Assembly (NCBI GenBank): GCA_045807245.1
Contig: JBJMHS010000065.1
Span: 1 to 37,194 of the forward strand
Direction: 5' to 3'
Length of the DNA: 37,194 nucleotides
DNA from: Actinomycetales bacterium
GTDB lineage: Bacteria; Actinomycetota; Actinomycetes; Actinomycetales; CAVURS01
Below, in pieces: positions 9,759 to 23,011 of this stretch. Position 1 is the first letter of the stretch, and each line of letters begins with the position of its first letter. The notes under the pieces were generated by a model. The model did not search any database and was not told the DNA's origin. It saw only the letters and a list, made by a program, of their open reading frames with translations. The translations under genes and the position numbers were made by a program.

Positions 9759-12743
9759 GTGCCCGCACTGCCCCACCACTCCGCCGACCGCCTGATCGTC
9801 AGAGGGGCTCGGGAGCACAACCTCAAGGACGTCTCGCTCGACCTGCCCCGGGACGCGTTGATCGTGTTCACCGGCCTGTCCGGCTCCGGCAAGTCCTCCC
9901 TCGCCTTCGACACGATCTTCGCCGAGGGGCAGCGTCGCTACGTCGAGTCCCTCTCGGCGTACGCGCGCCAGTTCCTCGGCCAGATGGACAAACCGGACGT
10001 CGACTTCATCGAGGGTCTGTCGCCCGCCGTGTCGATCGACCAGAAGTCCACGAGCCGCAACCCCCGCTCAACGGTCGGCACGATCACCGAGGTGTACGAC
10101 TACCTGCGACTGTTGTTCGCCCGGGCCGGCCGGCCGCACTGCCCGGTCTGCGGTGAGCCGATCACCCGCCAGACGCCCCAGCAGATCGTCGACCGCTTGC
10201 TCGAGCTCCCGGAGGGGACGCGGTTCCAGGTGCTGGCGCCCGTCGTCCGGGGTCGAAAGGGCGAGTACGCCGACCTGTTCCGCGAGCTGCAGACCAAGGG
10301 CTTCGCGCGGGCCCGGGTCGACGGCGAGGTCGTCGCCCTGACCCAGCCGCCGACGCTGGAGAAGAAGCTGAAGCACAGCATCGAGGTGGTCGTCGACCGC
10401 CTCGTCGCCAAGGCCGGCCGCGAGTCCAAGCAGCGGTTGACCGACTCGGTCGAGACGGCGCTGGGCCTGGCCGGCGGCATCGTGGTCGTCGAGATGGTCG
10501 ACCTCGACGCCAAGGACCCTCACCGCGAGCGTCGCTTCTCCGAGCGGATGGCCTGCCCCAACGACCACCCTCTGGCCATGGACGAGATCGAGCCCCGCTC
10601 GTTCTCGTTCAACAGCCCGTACGGCGCCTGTCCCGAGTGCATGGGTATCGGCACTCAGCTCGAGGTCGACCCGGACCTCATCGTGCCGGACGAGGACCTG
10701 ACCCTCGCCGAAGGCGCCATCGCGCCGTGGACCCAGGGCTCGGCCGACTACTTCCAGCGCCTGATGGCCGCTCTGGGCGAGCAGCTCGGTTTCTCCGTGG
10801 ACGTGCCGTGGCGGGCCTTGCCGAAGCGGGCCAAGACGGCGCTCCTCGAGGGCCAGAACTACGAGGTCCACGTCAAGTACCGCAACCGCTACGGGCGGGA
10901 GCGCTCGTACACGACCGGGTTCGAGGGCGCCGTGCCGTTCGTGCAACGGCGGCACTCGGAGACCGAGTCGGACTGGAGCCGCGAGCGCTACGAGGGCTAC
11001 ATGCGCGAGGTGCCCTGCCCGGTCTGCCAAGGGGCCCGGCTCAAGCCTGAGTCCCTGGCCGTCCTGCTGGGCGATGCCTCGATCTCGCAGGTCTGCGCGC
11101 TGCCGATCCGCGACTGCGCCGCCTTCCTCGCCGACCTGGAGCTCAGCCCCCGGGAGAAGCAGATCGCCGAGCGGGTGCTCAAGGAGATCAACGCGCGGCT
11201 GGGGTTCCTGCTGGACGTCGGGCTGGACTACCTGTCCCTGGACCGCCCGTCCGGCACGCTCTCCGGCGGCGAGGCCCAGCGGATCCGGCTGGCCACGCAG
11301 ATCGGCTCGGGCCTGGTCGGCGTGCTCTACGTCCTGGACGAGCCCAGCATCGGCTTGCACCAGCGTGACAACCACCGGCTGATCGAGACGCTGACCCGGC
11401 TGCGCGACCTGGGCAACACGCTGATCGTGGTCGAGCACGACGAGGACACCATCCGCACCGCCGACTGGGTCGTCGACATCGGTCCGGGCGCGGGCGAGCA
11501 CGGCGGCCAGATCGTTCACTCGGGCGACCTCCAAGGACTGCTGGACCACAAGGAGTCGCTGACCGGCGCGTTCCTGTCCGGCCGGGAGGAGATCGCCGTA
11601 CCGCTCGTGCGCCGGACCCGCGACCCCAAGCGGCAGGTCACCGTCGTCGGCGCGCGCGAACACAACCTGCGCGACCTCACCGTCAGCTTCCCGCTCGGAT
11701 GTTTCGTCGCCGTGACCGGCGTCTCCGGGTCGGGCAAGTCGACGCTGGTCAACGACATCCTCTACACGACGCTGGCCAACCGGCTCAACGGTGCCCGCCA
11801 GGTGCCGGGACGGCACAAGTCGGTGAAGGGCCTGGACCACCTGGACAAGGTGGTGCACGTCGACCAGAGCCCCATCGGCCGTACGCCGCGCAGCAACCCG
11901 GCGACGTACACGGGGGTGTTCGACCACATCCGTCGGCTGTTCGCCGAGACGACGGAGGCCAAGATCCGCGGCTACCAGCCGGGCCGGTTCTCGTTCAACG
12001 TCAAGGGCGGACGCTGCCCCGCGTGTTCCGGCGACGGCACGATCAAGATCGAGATGAACTTCCTGCCGGACGTCTACGTGCCGTGCGAGGTGTGCCACGG
12101 CGCGCGGTACAACCGGGAGACGCTCGAGGTCCACTTCAAGGGCAAGACGATCGCCGACGTGCTCGACATGCCGATCGAGGAGGCCGCGGAGTTCTTCGCT
12201 CCGGTCCCGGCCATCGCGCGGCACCTGGTGACGTTGAACGACGTCGGTCTCGGCTACGTCCGGCTGGGACAGCCCGCGCCCACCTTGTCGGGCGGTGAGG
12301 CCCAGCGGGTCAAGCTGGCCAGCGAGCTGCAGAAGCGCTCGACCGGCCGGACGGTCTACGTCCTGGACGAGCCGACGACCGGCCTGCACTTCGAGGACAT
12401 CCGCAAGCTCCTCGGCGTGCTGCAAGGCCTGGCCGACAAGGGCAACACGGTCATCGTGATCGAGCACAACCTCGACGTCATCAAGAGTGCGGACTGGATC
12501 GTCGACCTCGGGCCGGACGGCGGTGACGGCGGCGGTCTGGTGGTGTCGGAGGGTACGCCGGAGGAGGTGGCGGCCGACCCGGACAGCTACACCGGGCAGT
12601 TCCTCGCGCCGGTGCTCGCCGGCCGGGCCCGGACGCGCAAGCGCACCGCGGCGGCGAAGAAGACATCACCGGCGCGCAGCCGCGCCACGACGACGGTCAC
12701 CCGACCGCGCCGCACGCTACGCGACCCGGAGGTCGCCCCCTGA
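9759..12743 (+). CDS. uvrA: Excinuclease ABC subunit A
   Basis: [19 protein letters not shown] and GVSGSGKST Walker A motifs, two LSGGEAQR signatures, zinc fingers (CPVC, CPEC, CPAC, CEVC). Start inferred at GTG9759 from promoter position. Confidence 0.99.
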   Translation: MPALPHHSADRLIVRGAREHNLKDVSLDLPRDALIVFTGLSGSGKSSLAFDTIFAEGQRRYVESLSAYARQFLGQMDKPDVDFIEGLSPAVSIDQKSTSRNPRSTVGTITEVYDYLRLLFARAGRPHCPVCGEPITRQTPQQIVDRLLELPEGTRFQVLAPVVRGRKGEYADLFRELQTKGFARARVDGEVVALTQPPTLEKKLKHSIEVVVDRLVAKAGRESKQRLTDSVETALGLAGGIVVVEMVDLDAKDPHRERRFSERMACPNDHPLAMDEIEPRSFSFNSPYGACPECMGIGTQLEVDPDLIVPDEDLTLAEGAIAPWTQGSADYFQRLMAALGEQLGFSVDVPWRALPKRAKTALLEGQNYEVHVKYRNRYGRERSYTTGFEGAVPFVQRRHSETESDWSRERYEGYMREVPCPVCQGARLKPESLAVLLGDASISQVCALPIRDCAAFLADLELSPREKQIAERVLKEINARLGFLLDVGLDYLSLDRPSGTLSGGEAQRIRLATQIGSGLVGVLYVLDEPSIGLHQRDNHRLIETLTRLRDLGNTLIVVEHDEDTIRTADWVVDIGPGAGEHGGQIVHSGDLQGLLDHKESLTGAFLSGREEIAVPLVRRTRDPKRQVTVVGAREHNLRDLTVSFPLGCFVAVTGVSGSGKSTLVNDILYTTLANRLNGARQVPGRHKSVKGLDHLDKVVHVDQSPIGRTPRSNPATYTGVFDHIRRLFAETTEAKIRGYQPGRFSFNVKGGRCPACSGDGTIKIEMNFLPDVYVPCEVCHGARYNRETLEVHFKGKTIADVLDMPIEEAAEFFAPVPAIARHLVTLNDVGLGYVRLGQPAPTLSGGEAQRVKLASELQKRSTGRTVYVLDEPTTGLHFEDIRKLLGVLQGLADKGNTVIVIEHNLDVIKSADWIVDLGPDGGDGGGLVVSEGTPEEVAADPDSYTGQFLAPVLAGRARTRKRTAAAKKTSPARSRATTTVTRPRRTLRDPEVAP

Positions 12744-13162
12744 GCGCGCCCGAGGAGATCGACCGCCGGGCCGTCCTGCGCGGCGTCTGCGCCGTCTGCG
12801 TCGGGGCCGCCGGCGTCGGCATGCTCGCCGCCTGTGGCGGCGGCTCCGGCTCGGGAGCCGGCTCGGCCGCCAGTGGCCCGACGACGGTCAGGACGTCCGA
12901 CGTCCCGGTCGGGGGCGGCACGGTGCTCGACGGACCCAAGATCGTCGTGACGCAGCCGACGGCGGGGCAGTTCAAGGCGTTCAGCGCCGTCTGCACCCAC
13001 CAGCGGTTCCTGGTCGGCAACGTGCAGGGCGGCACGATCAACTGTCTGCACCACGGCAGCATGTACAACATGTCGACCGGCGCGGTGGTCGGCGGGCCGG
13101 CTCCGGCACCGCTGCCGCAGAAGACCGTCACGGTCAGCGGCGACAGCCTCACCATCACCTGA
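12740..13162 (+). CDS. Tat-exported Rieske [2Fe-2S] lipoprotein, probable CTG start
   Basis: Frame extends upstream of ATG12821 as [32 protein letters not shown] (twin-Arg signal plus lipobox); AFSAVCTH and NCLHHGSMY Rieske boxes; GGAGGT RBS at 12728-12733. Confidence 0.85.
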   Translation: MSAPEEIDRRAVLRGVCAVCVGAAGVGMLAACGGGSGSGAGSAASGPTTVRTSDVPVGGGTVLDGPKIVVTQPTAGQFKAFSAVCTHQRFLVGNVQGGTINCLHHGSMYNMSTGAVVGGPAPAPLPQKTVTVSGDSLTIT

Positions 13163-13170
13163 TGTCCCAG

Positions 13171-13212
13171 TGTCAGCACCCGCACGACGAGTACGTCGTT
13201 GTGGTGCTGACA
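13171..13212 (+). terminator. Hairpin after the Rieske gene, possible terminator
   Basis: TGTCAGCACC (13171-13180) pairs with GGTGCTGACA (13203-13212); inner ACGACG-AGTA-CGTCGT stem. Confidence 0.6.
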
Positions 13213-13226
13213 ACTCGGTCCGGGGT

Positions 13227-13248
13227 CGTCAGAACCGGCGCCTAGGCT
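13227..13248 (+). promoter_or_regulatory. Degenerate PafBC-type promoter of uvrC
   Basis: CGTCAG-N10-TAGGCT (one mismatch to TGTCRG); GTG13255 follows after 6 nt. Confidence 0.55.
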
Positions 13249-13254
13249 GGTTGC

Positions 13255-15297
13255 GTGCCGGACCCCGCGACGTACCGCCCGCGGCCGGGGGAGATCCCGG
13301 TCGAGCCCGGGGTGTACCGGTTCCGGGACCCGCGCGGCCGGGTCATCTACGTCGGCAAGGCGAAGAGCCTGCGCAGCCGCCTGTCGTCGTACTTCCAGGA
13401 CATCGCCGCCCTTCATCCGCGCACCCAGCAGATGGTCACCACCGCGGGCAGCGTCGAGTGGACCGTCGTCGCCAACGAGGTCGAGGCCCTGCAGCTCGAG
13501 TACGCCTGGATCAAGGAGTTCGACCCCCGGTTCAACGTCAAGTACCGCGACGACAAGTCCTACCCGTACCTCGCGGTCACCATGGGCGAGGAGTTCCCGC
13601 GCGTGCAGGTCATGCGGGGCGCCAAGCGGAAGGGCACCCGCTACTTCGGGCCGTACTCGCATGCCTGGGCCATCCGCGAGACGGTCGACCAGCTGCTGCG
13701 GGTCTTCCCGGTGCGCACCTGCAGCGCGGGCGTGTTCAAGCGGTCCGGGCAGATCGGCCGGCCGTGCCTGCTCGGCTACATCGGCAAGTGCTCGGCGCCG
13801 TGCGTCGGGCGGATCAGCCCATCGGACCACCGCGCCCTGGCCGAGGACTTCTCCGACTTCATGGCCGGCAACACGGACCGGTTCGTCCGCCGGCTCGAAC
13901 GTGAGATGAAGGGCGCCGCCGCCGAGCTCGACTTCGAGCGGGCCGCCCGCCTGCGCGACGACATCGCGGCGCTCGAGCGGGCGCTCGCCAAGAACGCGAT
14001 CGTCCTCGGGGACGCCACGGACGCGGACGTGTTCGCCCTCGCCGAGGACGAGCTGGAGGCCGCCGTCCAGGTGTTCCACGTGCGCGGCGGCCGGGTGCGC
14101 GGCCAGCGCGGCTGGGTGGTGGAGAAGGTCGAGGACGTGACGACCGCCGACCTGGTCGAGCATCTCCTGGTCCAGGTGTACGGCGGGGAGTCCGGCGACG
14201 CCGTGCCGCGCGAGGTGCTGGTCCCCGAGCTGCCGCCTGACCCCGACGACATCTCGGCCTGGCTGGCGGTGCTGCGCGGCTCTCGCGTGGACCTGCGGGT
14301 GCCGCGCCGCGGTGACAAGCGAGCGCTGATGGAGACGGTCTCGTTGAACGCCGGCCAGTCGCTCACCCGGCACAAGCTGCAGCGGGCCGGCGACCTCACC
14401 GTCCGCAGCCAGGCGCTCGAGGAGCTGCAGGAGGCCCTGGACCTGGCCGAGGCGCCGCTGCGGATCGAGTGCTACGACGTGTCGCACCACCAGGGCGCCG
14501 AGACGGTGGCGTCCATGGTGGTGTTCGAGGACGGCCTGCCGCGCAAGGGCGAGTACCGGCGGTTCGCGGTCCGCAAGGTCGACGGCAACGACGACACCGC
14601 GGCCATGCACGAGGTGCTCACCCGGCGGTTCCGGCGATACCTGGAGGAGCGCGCCGACCTGTCCGAGCCCGAGCTGGGCGACGACAGTGACGACCGCGAG
14701 GACCGGGAGAGCCGCGCCGACCCTGGTGCCCGAGCCGGTATCGACCCGGACACCGGCCGGCCGCGCAAGTTCGCCTACCCGCCGCAGCTGGTCGTCGTGG
14801 ACGGCGGCCCGCCGCAGGTCGCCGCCGCCGCGCGAGCGCTGGCCGAGCTGGGCATCGACGACGTCGCCCTGGCCGGACTGGCCAAGCGGCTGGAGGAGGT
14901 CTGGCTGCCCGGCCAGGACCATCCGGTCGTCCTGCCGCGGTCGAGCGAGGGGCTCTATCTGCTGCAGCGCGTCCGGGACGAGGCACACCGTTTCGCCATC
15001 ACCTTCCACCGCCAGCGCCGGTCCAAGACCATGACGGCCAGTGCCCTGGACCAGGTCGCCGGCCTGGGCAAGACCCGGCGGACCGCGCTCCTGCGCCATT
15101 TCGGGTCGCTCAAGCGGGTGCGGGCGGCGAGCGCCCAGGAGATCGCCGAGGTCCCGGGCATCGGCGCCGCGACGGCGCAGGCCGTCGTCGCGGCACTCGC
15201 GGCGCAGCCGGCGCCAGCCTCCGCCGTGAACGTCACCACCGGTGAGATCCTCGATGACGAGCCGCAGCGAGCCAGCGCGGGCGAGGAGAGGCCGTGA
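13255..15297 (+). CDS. uvrC: Excinuclease ABC subunit C
   Basis: GIY-YIG domain (PGVYRF...[18 protein letters not shown]), [37 protein letters not shown], HhH motifs. Confidence 0.99.
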   Translation: MPDPATYRPRPGEIPVEPGVYRFRDPRGRVIYVGKAKSLRSRLSSYFQDIAALHPRTQQMVTTAGSVEWTVVANEVEALQLEYAWIKEFDPRFNVKYRDDKSYPYLAVTMGEEFPRVQVMRGAKRKGTRYFGPYSHAWAIRETVDQLLRVFPVRTCSAGVFKRSGQIGRPCLLGYIGKCSAPCVGRISPSDHRALAEDFSDFMAGNTDRFVRRLEREMKGAAAELDFERAARLRDDIAALERALAKNAIVLGDATDADVFALAEDELEAAVQVFHVRGGRVRGQRGWVVEKVEDVTTADLVEHLLVQVYGGESGDAVPREVLVPELPPDPDDISAWLAVLRGSRVDLRVPRRGDKRALMETVSLNAGQSLTRHKLQRAGDLTVRSQALEELQEALDLAEAPLRIECYDVSHHQGAETVASMVVFEDGLPRKGEYRRFAVRKVDGNDDTAAMHEVLTRRFRRYLEERADLSEPELGDDSDDREDRESRADPGARAGIDPDTGRPRKFAYPPQLVVVDGGPPQVAAAARALAELGIDDVALAGLAKRLEEVWLPGQDHPVVLPRSSEGLYLLQRVRDEAHRFAITFHRQRRSKTMTASALDQVAGLGKTRRTALLRHFGSLKRVRAASAQEIAEVPGIGAATAQAVVAALAAQPAPASAVNVTTGEILDDEPQRASAGEERP

Positions 15298-16235
15298 GCG
15301 AGGAAACCCCTGAGCCGGAGGCAGCCGACGTACCGGTCTCCGACCACGACACCGAGGACGGGCCGGCCCGGCCGACCGAGATCCTCATCCTGACCGGCAT
15401 GTCGGGAGCCGGCCGGTCCACGACGGGCAACGCGCTGGAGGACCTCGGCTGGTACGTCGTCGACAACCTGCCACCGCAGATGCTCTCGCCGATGGCCGAC
15501 CTGGCCGAACGCTCCCGAGGCGGGGTGACCCGGCTCGCTGCTGCGGTCGATGTCCGCAGCAGGTCCTTCTTCGTCGACCTGCGCGAGGCGCTCACGTCCC
15601 TGCGGGAACGCGGGCTGGCGCCACGGGTCGTCTTCCTCGACGCCTCCGACGACGTGCTCGTGCGCCGCTTCGAGTCGGTACGGCGTCCGCACCCGTTGCA
15701 GGGCGAGGGCCGGATCCTCGACGGGATCGCCGCGGAACGGGCGCTGCTCGCCGGCTTGAAGTCGGACGCGGACATCGTCATCGACACGACAGCCCTGAAC
15801 GTGCACCAGCTGTCGGCCAAGGTCGTCCAGGCCTTCGACGAGGAGCGCGGTCCCGAGCCGCGGCTGCGCGCGACCGTGATGTCCTTCGGCTTCAAGTACG
15901 GCATCCCGCTCGACGCCGACATCGTCCTCGACATGCGCTTCCTGCCCAACCCGCACTGGGTGCCGGAGCTCCGCCCGCAGACCGGCCTGGCCCCCGAGGT
16001 GAGCGAGTACGTGCTCTCGCTGCCCGAGGCCAAGCAGTTCATGGATCGGCTGGTCCCCACGCTCGAACCGGTCCTGGCGGGGTACCTGCGGGAGGGCAAG
16101 ACGTACGTGACGATCGCGATCGGCTGCACGGGCGGCAAGCACCGTTCGGTGGCGACCGCCGAGGAGCTGGCCGCGCGGCTCGGCGGGCTGGGCGTGGCGT
16201 CGAGGACCGTTCACCGGGACCTGGGGCTGGAGTGA
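15294..16235 (+). CDS. rapZ: RapZ/YvcJ family P-loop nucleotide-binding protein
   Basis: [57 protein letters not shown]. Confidence 0.97.
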   Translation: MSEETPEPEAADVPVSDHDTEDGPARPTEILILTGMSGAGRSTTGNALEDLGWYVVDNLPPQMLSPMADLAERSRGGVTRLAAAVDVRSRSFFVDLREALTSLRERGLAPRVVFLDASDDVLVRRFESVRRPHPLQGEGRILDGIAAERALLAGLKSDADIVIDTTALNVHQLSAKVVQAFDEERGPEPRLRATVMSFGFKYGIPLDADIVLDMRFLPNPHWVPELRPQTGLAPEVSEYVLSLPEAKQFMDRLVPTLEPVLAGYLREGKTYVTIAIGCTGGKHRSVATAEELAARLGGLGVASRTVHRDLGLE

Positions 16236-17182
16236 TGCCCGGTCCGGGCCGGCCCCGGGTGGTCTCCATGGGGGGCGGGCACGGCCTGGCCGCCTCACTG
16301 TCGGCGCTGCGGCTGCTCACCGACCAGCTCACCGCCGTCGTGACCGTCGCGGACGACGGCGGCTCCAGCGGGCGCCTGCGCGACGAGCTCGGGGTCATGC
16401 CGCCTGGAGACCTGCGGATGGCCCTGTCCGCACTCTGCGACGACACCCAGTGGGGACACACCTGGCGCGACCTGCTGCAACACCGGTTCGCCAGCACGGG
16501 CGAGCTGCACAACCACGCCGTCGGCAACCTGCTCATCGTCGCGTTGTGGGAGCTGCTCGGCGACACCGTCACCGGGCTGGACTGGGTCGGTCGCCTGCTC
16601 GGCGCCCGAGGTCGCGTCCTGCCCATGTCCGCGGTCCCGCTCGACATCGAGGCGACGGTGATGGGGCTGGACCCGGCCGACCCGAGCGCTTCGCGAACCG
16701 TGCGCGGACAGGTGGCGGTTGCCACCACCAAGGGACGGGTCGTGGGGATCCGCCTGCACCCGGACCAGCCGCCGGCCTGCCGGGAGGCCGTCGAGGCGAT
16801 CCAGAGCGCGGACTGGGTGGTCCTCGGGCCGGGTTCGTGGTTCACCAGCGTCCTGCCGCACCTGCTGGTGCCGGAGCTGGCGGAGGCCCTCCGAACGACG
16901 CGAGCCGGCCGCATCGTGGCCCTGAACCTCGCACCCCAGGTCGGCGAGACCGAAGGCTTCTCGGCCGAGAACCACCTCGAGGTCCTGGCCATGCACGCAC
17001 CGTTCCTCAGCGTCGACGTCGTACTCGCCGACCACAGCAGCGTGGACCGGCCGACCAGCCTGGCCGAGGTCGCGGAGTCGCTCGGCGGCAAGCTCGTGCT
17101 GGCCGACCTCGCCGACCCGGACGACCCGGACCGCCATGACCCGTTGCGGTTGGCGTCGGCGTATCGCGACGTCATGGAGTAA
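16235..17182 (+). CDS. yvcK: YvcK/GlmR/CuvA family UDP-GlcNAc-binding protein
   Basis: [50 protein letters not shown]; rapZ-yvcK-whiA synteny. Start is ATG16235 or GTG16232. Confidence 0.96.
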   Translation: MPGPGRPRVVSMGGGHGLAASLSALRLLTDQLTAVVTVADDGGSSGRLRDELGVMPPGDLRMALSALCDDTQWGHTWRDLLQHRFASTGELHNHAVGNLLIVALWELLGDTVTGLDWVGRLLGARGRVLPMSAVPLDIEATVMGLDPADPSASRTVRGQVAVATTKGRVVGIRLHPDQPPACREAVEAIQSADWVVLGPGSWFTSVLPHLLVPELAEALRTTRAGRIVALNLAPQVGETEGFSAENHLEVLAMHAPFLSVDVVLADHSSVDRPTSLAEVAESLGGKLVLADLADPDDPDRHDPLRLASAYRDVME

Positions 17183-17241
17183 CGCGATCCGCGAACCCCG
17201 CGCCGTCACCCGCGTGGGGATTCGGTGGCAGGATGGCGCCC

Positions 17242-18222
17242 ATGGCGTTGACGCCCTTGGTGAAGGACGAGCTCAGCCGGCTGACCATCATCAAACCGTG
17301 TGACCGCAAGGCGGAAGTGTCGGCGATGCTCCGGTTCGCGGGCGGACTGCACATCGTCGGCGGGCGCATCGTCGTCGAAGCCGAGCTCGACACAGCGGCG
17401 GCCGCCCGACGGCTGCGTCGCGACATCGCCGAGATCTACGGTCAGTCCAGCGACTTGGTCGTGCTGTCGTCCGGCGGTCTGCGTCGCACCACGCGCTACG
17501 TCGTACGTGTGGTCAAGGACGGCGAGGCACTCGCGCGCCAGACCGGCCTGATCGACGGACGCGGGCGACCAGTGAGAGGCCTTCCGCCGCAAGTGGTTTC
17601 GGGTGCGGTGTGCGACGCGGAGGCTGCTTGGCGCGGCGCGTTCCTCGCCCACGGGTCGCTCACCGAGCCTGGCCGTTCGTCCGCGCTCGAGATCACCTGC
17701 CCCGGTCCGGAGGCGGCCCTGGCCCTCGTCGGTGCTGCGCGCCGGCTCGGCATCCCGGCCAAGGCGCGCGAGGTCCGCGGGGTCGACCGGGTGGTCATCC
17801 GCGACGGGGATGCGATCAGCGCGATGCTCACTCGGCTCGGTGCGCACGACGCCGTGCTGGCGTGGGAAGAGCGCCGCATGCGACGCGAGGTGCGGGCGAC
17901 GGCGAACCGGCTCGCGAACTTCGACGACGCCAACCTGCGTCGGTCCGCACGCGCGGCCGTCGCAGCGGGCGCCCGGGTCGAACGCGCGCTCGAGATCCTC
18001 GGCGAGGACGTGCCCGACCATCTGCGCGATGCCGGCGAGCTGCGGCTGAAGCACAAGCAGGCCAGCCTCGAGGAGCTCGGCCAGCTGGCCGAGCCGGTGA
18101 TGACGAAGGACGCGGTCGCCGGCCGGATCCGGCGGCTGCTGGCCATGGCCGACAAGCGCGCCCAAGATCTCGGCATCCCCAACACCGAGGCGAACCTGAC
18201 GCCCGACATGCTGGATGCCTGA
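17242..18222 (+). CDS. whiA: DNA-binding protein WhiA
   Basis: [66 protein letters not shown]. Confidence 0.98.
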   Translation: MALTPLVKDELSRLTIIKPCDRKAEVSAMLRFAGGLHIVGGRIVVEAELDTAAAARRLRRDIAEIYGQSSDLVVLSSGGLRRTTRYVVRVVKDGEALARQTGLIDGRGRPVRGLPPQVVSGAVCDAEAAWRGAFLAHGSLTEPGRSSALEITCPGPEAALALVGAARRLGIPAKAREVRGVDRVVIRDGDAISAMLTRLGAHDAVLAWEERRMRREVRATANRLANFDDANLRRSARAAVAAGARVERALEILGEDVPDHLRDAGELRLKHKQASLEELGQLAEPVMTKDAVAGRIRRLLAMADKRAQDLGIPNTEANLTPDMLDA

Positions 18223-18323
18223 GCCCGTGCCGTAATCTGGGCCACCGCTCTCGCGCCGGACAACGGGGTCCGGGCATTCCGGCGTACCGACCGGTATCCC
18301 CTAGGGTCCCAGGCAAGGTTTGA

Positions 18324-19343
<1,020 letters not shown>

Positions 19344-19364
19344 CCGGCGGCCGAAGCGACCTCG

Positions 19365-20579
19365 ATGCGCACGATCGATCAGCTCGGGGACGCGCTGGGC
19401 GGTTTCGGCGGCAAGCGCGTTCTCGTCCGCAGTGACCTGAACGTCCCGCTCGACCGGGCCGACGGCACGACAACGATCACCGACGACGGGCGGGTCCGGG
19501 CCTCGGTGCCGACCGTCCGGCAGCTCTCCGCGGCGGGCGCCAGGGTGGTCGTCTGCGCACACCTCGGCCGGCCGAAGGGCGCACCGGAGGACCGCTACTC
19601 CCTGGCGCCGGTGGCGAGCAGGCTCGGCGAGCTGCTCGGCGCGCCGGTGGCGTTCGCGGCCGACACCGTCGGGGACTCGGCCCGCTCCGTGGTGGCCGAG
19701 CTGGAGGACGGCGAGGTCGCGCTGCTGGAGAACCTGCGGTTCAACCCGGGTGAGACCAGCAAGGACGAGGCCGAGCGGGGCGCCTTCGCGGACCAGCTCG
19801 CCTCCCTGGCCGACGCGTTCGTGTCCGACGGCTTCGGTGTCGTGCATCGCAAGCAGGCCAGCGTGTACGACGTGGCGCAGCGCCTGCCGCACGCCGCTGG
19901 CGGTCTGGTGCTGGCCGAGGTGGACGTCCTGCGCCGGCTGACCCATGACCCGGAGCGCCCGTACGTCGTCGTCCTCGGCGGGGCCAAGGTCTCCGACAAG
20001 CTGGCAGTGATCGACAACCTGCTCAGGACGGCCGACCGGCTGCTGATCGGGGGCGGCATGGCGTTCACCTTCCTGGCCGCGCAGGGGATGGAGGTGGGCC
20101 GGAGCCTGCTCGAGGCCGACCAGGTCGACACCGTCCGCGGCTACCTCGACCAGGCCAAGGCGGGCGGGGTGCAGATTGTCCTGCCCACCGATGTCGTGGC
20201 GGCGACGGAGTTCTCCGCCGACGCCGAGCACGCGGTCGTCCCGGTCGAGTACATCGCCGCCGACCGGATGGGACTGGACATCGGACCGCAGTCGTCGGCC
20301 GTCTTCGCCGCTGCGCTCGCCGACGCCAGGACCGTGTTCTGGAACGGGCCGATGGGCGCGTTCGAGATGGCGCCGTACGCCGAGGGCACCCGGGCCCTGG
20401 CCCAGGCCCTGACGGAGGTGCAGGGCCTCACCGTCGTCGGGGGCGGCGACTCCGCGGCGGCGGTACGCACCCTGGGCTTCGCCGACAGCGACTTCGGCCA
20501 CATCTCGACCGGCGGGGGCGCCAGCCTGGAGTACCTCGAGGGCAAGACGCTGCCCGGACTCGCCGTACTGGAGGACTGA
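19365..20579 (+). CDS. pgk: Phosphoglycerate kinase
   Basis: [58 protein letters not shown]. Confidence 0.99.
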   Translation: MRTIDQLGDALGGFGGKRVLVRSDLNVPLDRADGTTTITDDGRVRASVPTVRQLSAAGARVVVCAHLGRPKGAPEDRYSLAPVASRLGELLGAPVAFAADTVGDSARSVVAELEDGEVALLENLRFNPGETSKDEAERGAFADQLASLADAFVSDGFGVVHRKQASVYDVAQRLPHAAGGLVLAEVDVLRRLTHDPERPYVVVLGGAKVSDKLAVIDNLLRTADRLLIGGGMAFTFLAAQGMEVGRSLLEADQVDTVRGYLDQAKAGGVQIVLPTDVVAATEFSADAEHAVVPVEYIAADRMGLDIGPQSSAVFAAALADARTVFWNGPMGAFEMAPYAEGTRALAQALTEVQGLTVVGGGDSAAAVRTLGFADSDFGHISTGGGASLEYLEGKTLPGLAVLED

Positions 20580-20587
20580 CCGAACCG

Positions 20588-21394
20588 ATGGCAGCCAAGC
20601 GCGCGGCGCGCACGCCGCTCATGGCCGGCAACTGGAAGATGAACCTGGACCATCTCCAGGCGGCCCATTTCGTGCAGAAGCTCGACTGGACCCTCAAGGA
20701 CGCGAAGCACGACTTCGCCGCCGTCGAGGTCGCCGTGCTGGTGCCCTACACCGACATCCGGACCGTGCAGACGCTCATCGACGGTGACCACCTGGACATC
20801 CGGTACGGCGCCCAGGACGTGTCCACCCACGAGCACGGCGCCTACACCGGCGAGGTGTCCGCGCAGATGCTGGCCAAGCTGGGCTGCACCTACGTCGTGG
20901 TCGGCCACAGCGAGCGCCGCGAGTACCACGGCGAGGACGACGCGGAGGTGAGCGCCAAGCTGCGCATGGTCCTCGCGCACGGGATGACGCCGCTGCTGTG
21001 CGTCGGCGAGGGGCTGCCGACCCGCGAGGCGGGGGAGCAGGTGCTGTTCACGCTCGCCCAGGTCGCCGCGGCCCTGGACCGGGTCAGCGCGGACCAGGCG
21101 GCGGACCTCGTGATCGCCTACGAACCACTGTGGGCGATCGGCACCGGCCACGTGGCCACCCCCGAGGACGCTCAGGAGGTGTGCGCGGCGATCCGCGCGG
21201 AGCTCGGCCGGCTGTACTCGACCGAGCAGGCCACCCGCACGCGGGTGCTGTACGGCGGGTCGGTCAAGGCGGGCAACATCGCCGCGACCATGGCCCAGCC
21301 GGACGTGGACGGCGCCCTGGTCGGTGGGGCCAGCATCGACCCCGACGAGTTCGCCACGATCTGCCGCTATCGCGAGCACGTGACGGGCGGCTGA
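20588..21394 (+). CDS. tpiA: Triosephosphate isomerase
   Basis: [48 protein letters not shown]. Confidence 0.99.
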   Translation: MAAKRAARTPLMAGNWKMNLDHLQAAHFVQKLDWTLKDAKHDFAAVEVAVLVPYTDIRTVQTLIDGDHLDIRYGAQDVSTHEHGAYTGEVSAQMLAKLGCTYVVVGHSERREYHGEDDAEVSAKLRMVLAHGMTPLLCVGEGLPTREAGEQVLFTLAQVAAALDRVSADQAADLVIAYEPLWAIGTGHVATPEDAQEVCAAIRAELGRLYSTEQATRTRVLYGGSVKAGNIAATMAQPDVDGALVGGASIDPDEFATICRYREHVTGG

Positions 21395-21526
21395 CCCGGC
21401 CGGGGTGCGAGGAGGGCCGTAACTCGGTCGTCGTGTCGTACCCTTGCAGGAGGCCGGACGGACGCGGTGTGCACCGCGCCCGCGACGAAGGCCGACAGGC
21501 ATCGGACATCGAGAGACGGGCTGTTT

Positions 21527-21769
21527 GTGACTGCGCTGAAGATCGGGTTGCAGGTGGTGCTGGTCATCTCCAGCCTCTTCCTCACCCTCCTGGTCCTCCT
21601 GCACAAGGGCAAGGGCGGCGGACTGTCCGACATGTTCGGCGGCGGCGTGACCTCGAGCGTCGGTGGTTCCTCGGTGGCCGAACGCAACCTGGACCGCTTC
21701 ACGGTCGCCCTGGGCCTGGTCTGGGTCGGCGCCATCGTCGGGTTGGGCCTGATCCAGCGCTTCAGCTGA
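21527..21769 (+). CDS. secG: Preprotein translocase subunit SecG
   Basis: LLVLLHKGKGGGLSDMFGGG...VAERNLDRFT between two hydrophobic helices; start set to GTG21527. Confidence 0.97.
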   Translation: MTALKIGLQVVLVISSLFLTLLVLLHKGKGGGLSDMFGGGVTSSVGGSSVAERNLDRFTVALGLVWVGAIVGLGLIQRFS

Positions 21770-21871
21770 GCGGCGCCGGCCGAGCCGGCGCAGGGCGTCG
21801 CCCAGCAACCGTCGTACCGACACCATCCACCAGACATCCAGCACATCCAGCAGACGAGACCGGGAGAGACT

Positions 21872-22222
21872 GTGGCGAGTGGGAACGCGATCCGAGGGAG
21901 CCGGGTCGGCGCCGGACCGATGGGTGAGGCGGAGCGCGGCGAGGCCGCACCGCGCGTCCATGTGTCCTACTGGTGCGCCAACGGCCACGAGACCCGGCCC
22001 AGCTTCGCCGAGGACCAGAGCCTGCAGATCCCGGACACCTGGGACTGCCCGCGCTGCGGCTTCCCTGCCGGCCAGTCCGAGGAGGCTCCGCCGGCCCCGC
22101 CGCGCGTCGAGCCGTACAAGACCCACCTGGCGTATGTGAAGGAGCGGCGCAGCGACGCCGACGGCGAAGCCATCCTGACCGAGGCCCTGCAGCAGCTGCG
22201 CGGCCGCGGTCTCATCCGCTAG
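21872..22222 (+). CDS. rbpA: RNA polymerase-binding protein RbpA
   Basis: AIRGSRVGAG, YWCANGH, WDCPRCG zinc ligands, KTHLAYVKERRS; follows secG as in other actinobacteria. Confidence 0.95.
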   Translation: MASGNAIRGSRVGAGPMGEAERGEAAPRVHVSYWCANGHETRPSFAEDQSLQIPDTWDCPRCGFPAGQSEEAPPAPPRVEPYKTHLAYVKERRSDADGEAILTEALQQLRGRGLIR

Positions 22223-22231
22223 CCGGTCCCG

Positions 22232-23011
22232 CTACGGGCTGGAGACCCGGACCAGCGCTGGCGGGACGTTCGTCGCCGCTGCCCGGTCGACCAGCCACAA
22301 GGTGGCCCGCCGCCCGCGAGGTCCGGCGGCCGGAGCCTGGACCTCGCCCGCACCGGACAGGGCCAGCCCGACGGCGTGCGCCTTGTCCGCCCCCGCGACC
22401 AGGAACCAGACGTCGTCCGCGCGCCGAAGCACCGGCATGGTGAGCGAGACGCGGACCGGCGGCGGCTTCGGCGAGCCCCGGACGCCGACCACGCTGCGCT
22501 CGGTCTCGTAGAGCGCCGGAGCGCCCGGGAAGAGCGAAGCCACGTGGGCGTCCGGTCCGACGCCGAGCAGCAGGATGTCGAAGACGGGGGTCGCCTCACC
22601 GCGCGGGGCCTGGTCCGCGAGGAGGTCCGCGTACGCCGCCGCAGCCGCGTCCACATCGTCGCCGTGCGGCCCGTCCGGGCCGGGCATGGCGTGCACCCGC
22701 GCCGGGTCGAGCGGTACGGCGTCCAGCAGGGCGGAGCGGTTCTGCGTCTCGTTGCGGTCCGGGTGCCCGGTCGGCAGGAACCGCTCGTCACCCCACCACA
22801 CGTCGAGCCGGGACCAGTCGATGGCGTCCCGGGCCGGCGACTGCGCGACGGCCGCCAGGATGGCCGAGCCCATCGTGCCGCCGGTCAGGACGACCGAGGC
22901 ACTGCCCCGCGAGGTCTGGACGTCGACCAGCCGCGTGACCAGCCGGGCGGCCCCGGCTTCGGCCAGCAGCTGGGCATCGCGATGGACGACGACCGTGGGA
23001 GCCGTGCTCAT
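22232..23011 (-). CDS. pgl: 6-phosphogluconolactonase
   Basis: VLTGGTMG, WWGDERF, LLGVGPDAHVASLFP, SPKPPPVRVSLT; ATG23011 overlaps the opcA stop. Confidence 0.97.
   Translation of the reverse strand: MSTAPTVVVHRDAQLLAEAGAARLVTRLVDVQTSRGSASVVLTGGTMGSAILAAVAQSPARDAIDWSRLDVWWGDERFLPTGHPDRNETQNRSALLDAVPLDPARVHAMPGPDGPHGDDVDAAAAAYADLLADQAPRGEATPVFDILLLGVGPDAHVASLFPGAPALYETERSVVGVRGSPKPPPVRVSLTMPVLRRADDVWFLVAGADKAHAVGLALSGAGEVQAPAAGPRGRRATLWLVDRAAATNVPPALVRVSSP

Noticed and set aside
9642..9913. Track starts for uvrA (9642) and MDMPI (9913) implying overlapping divergent genes
   Set aside because: Promoter positions and family N-termini support GTG9759 and ATG9679, leaving a 79-bp intergenic gap.
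18231..18246. CRP/GlxR-like site upstream of gap (CGTAA-N6-CCACC)
   Set aside because: Too many mismatches to TGTGA-N6-TCACA to support from sequence alone.
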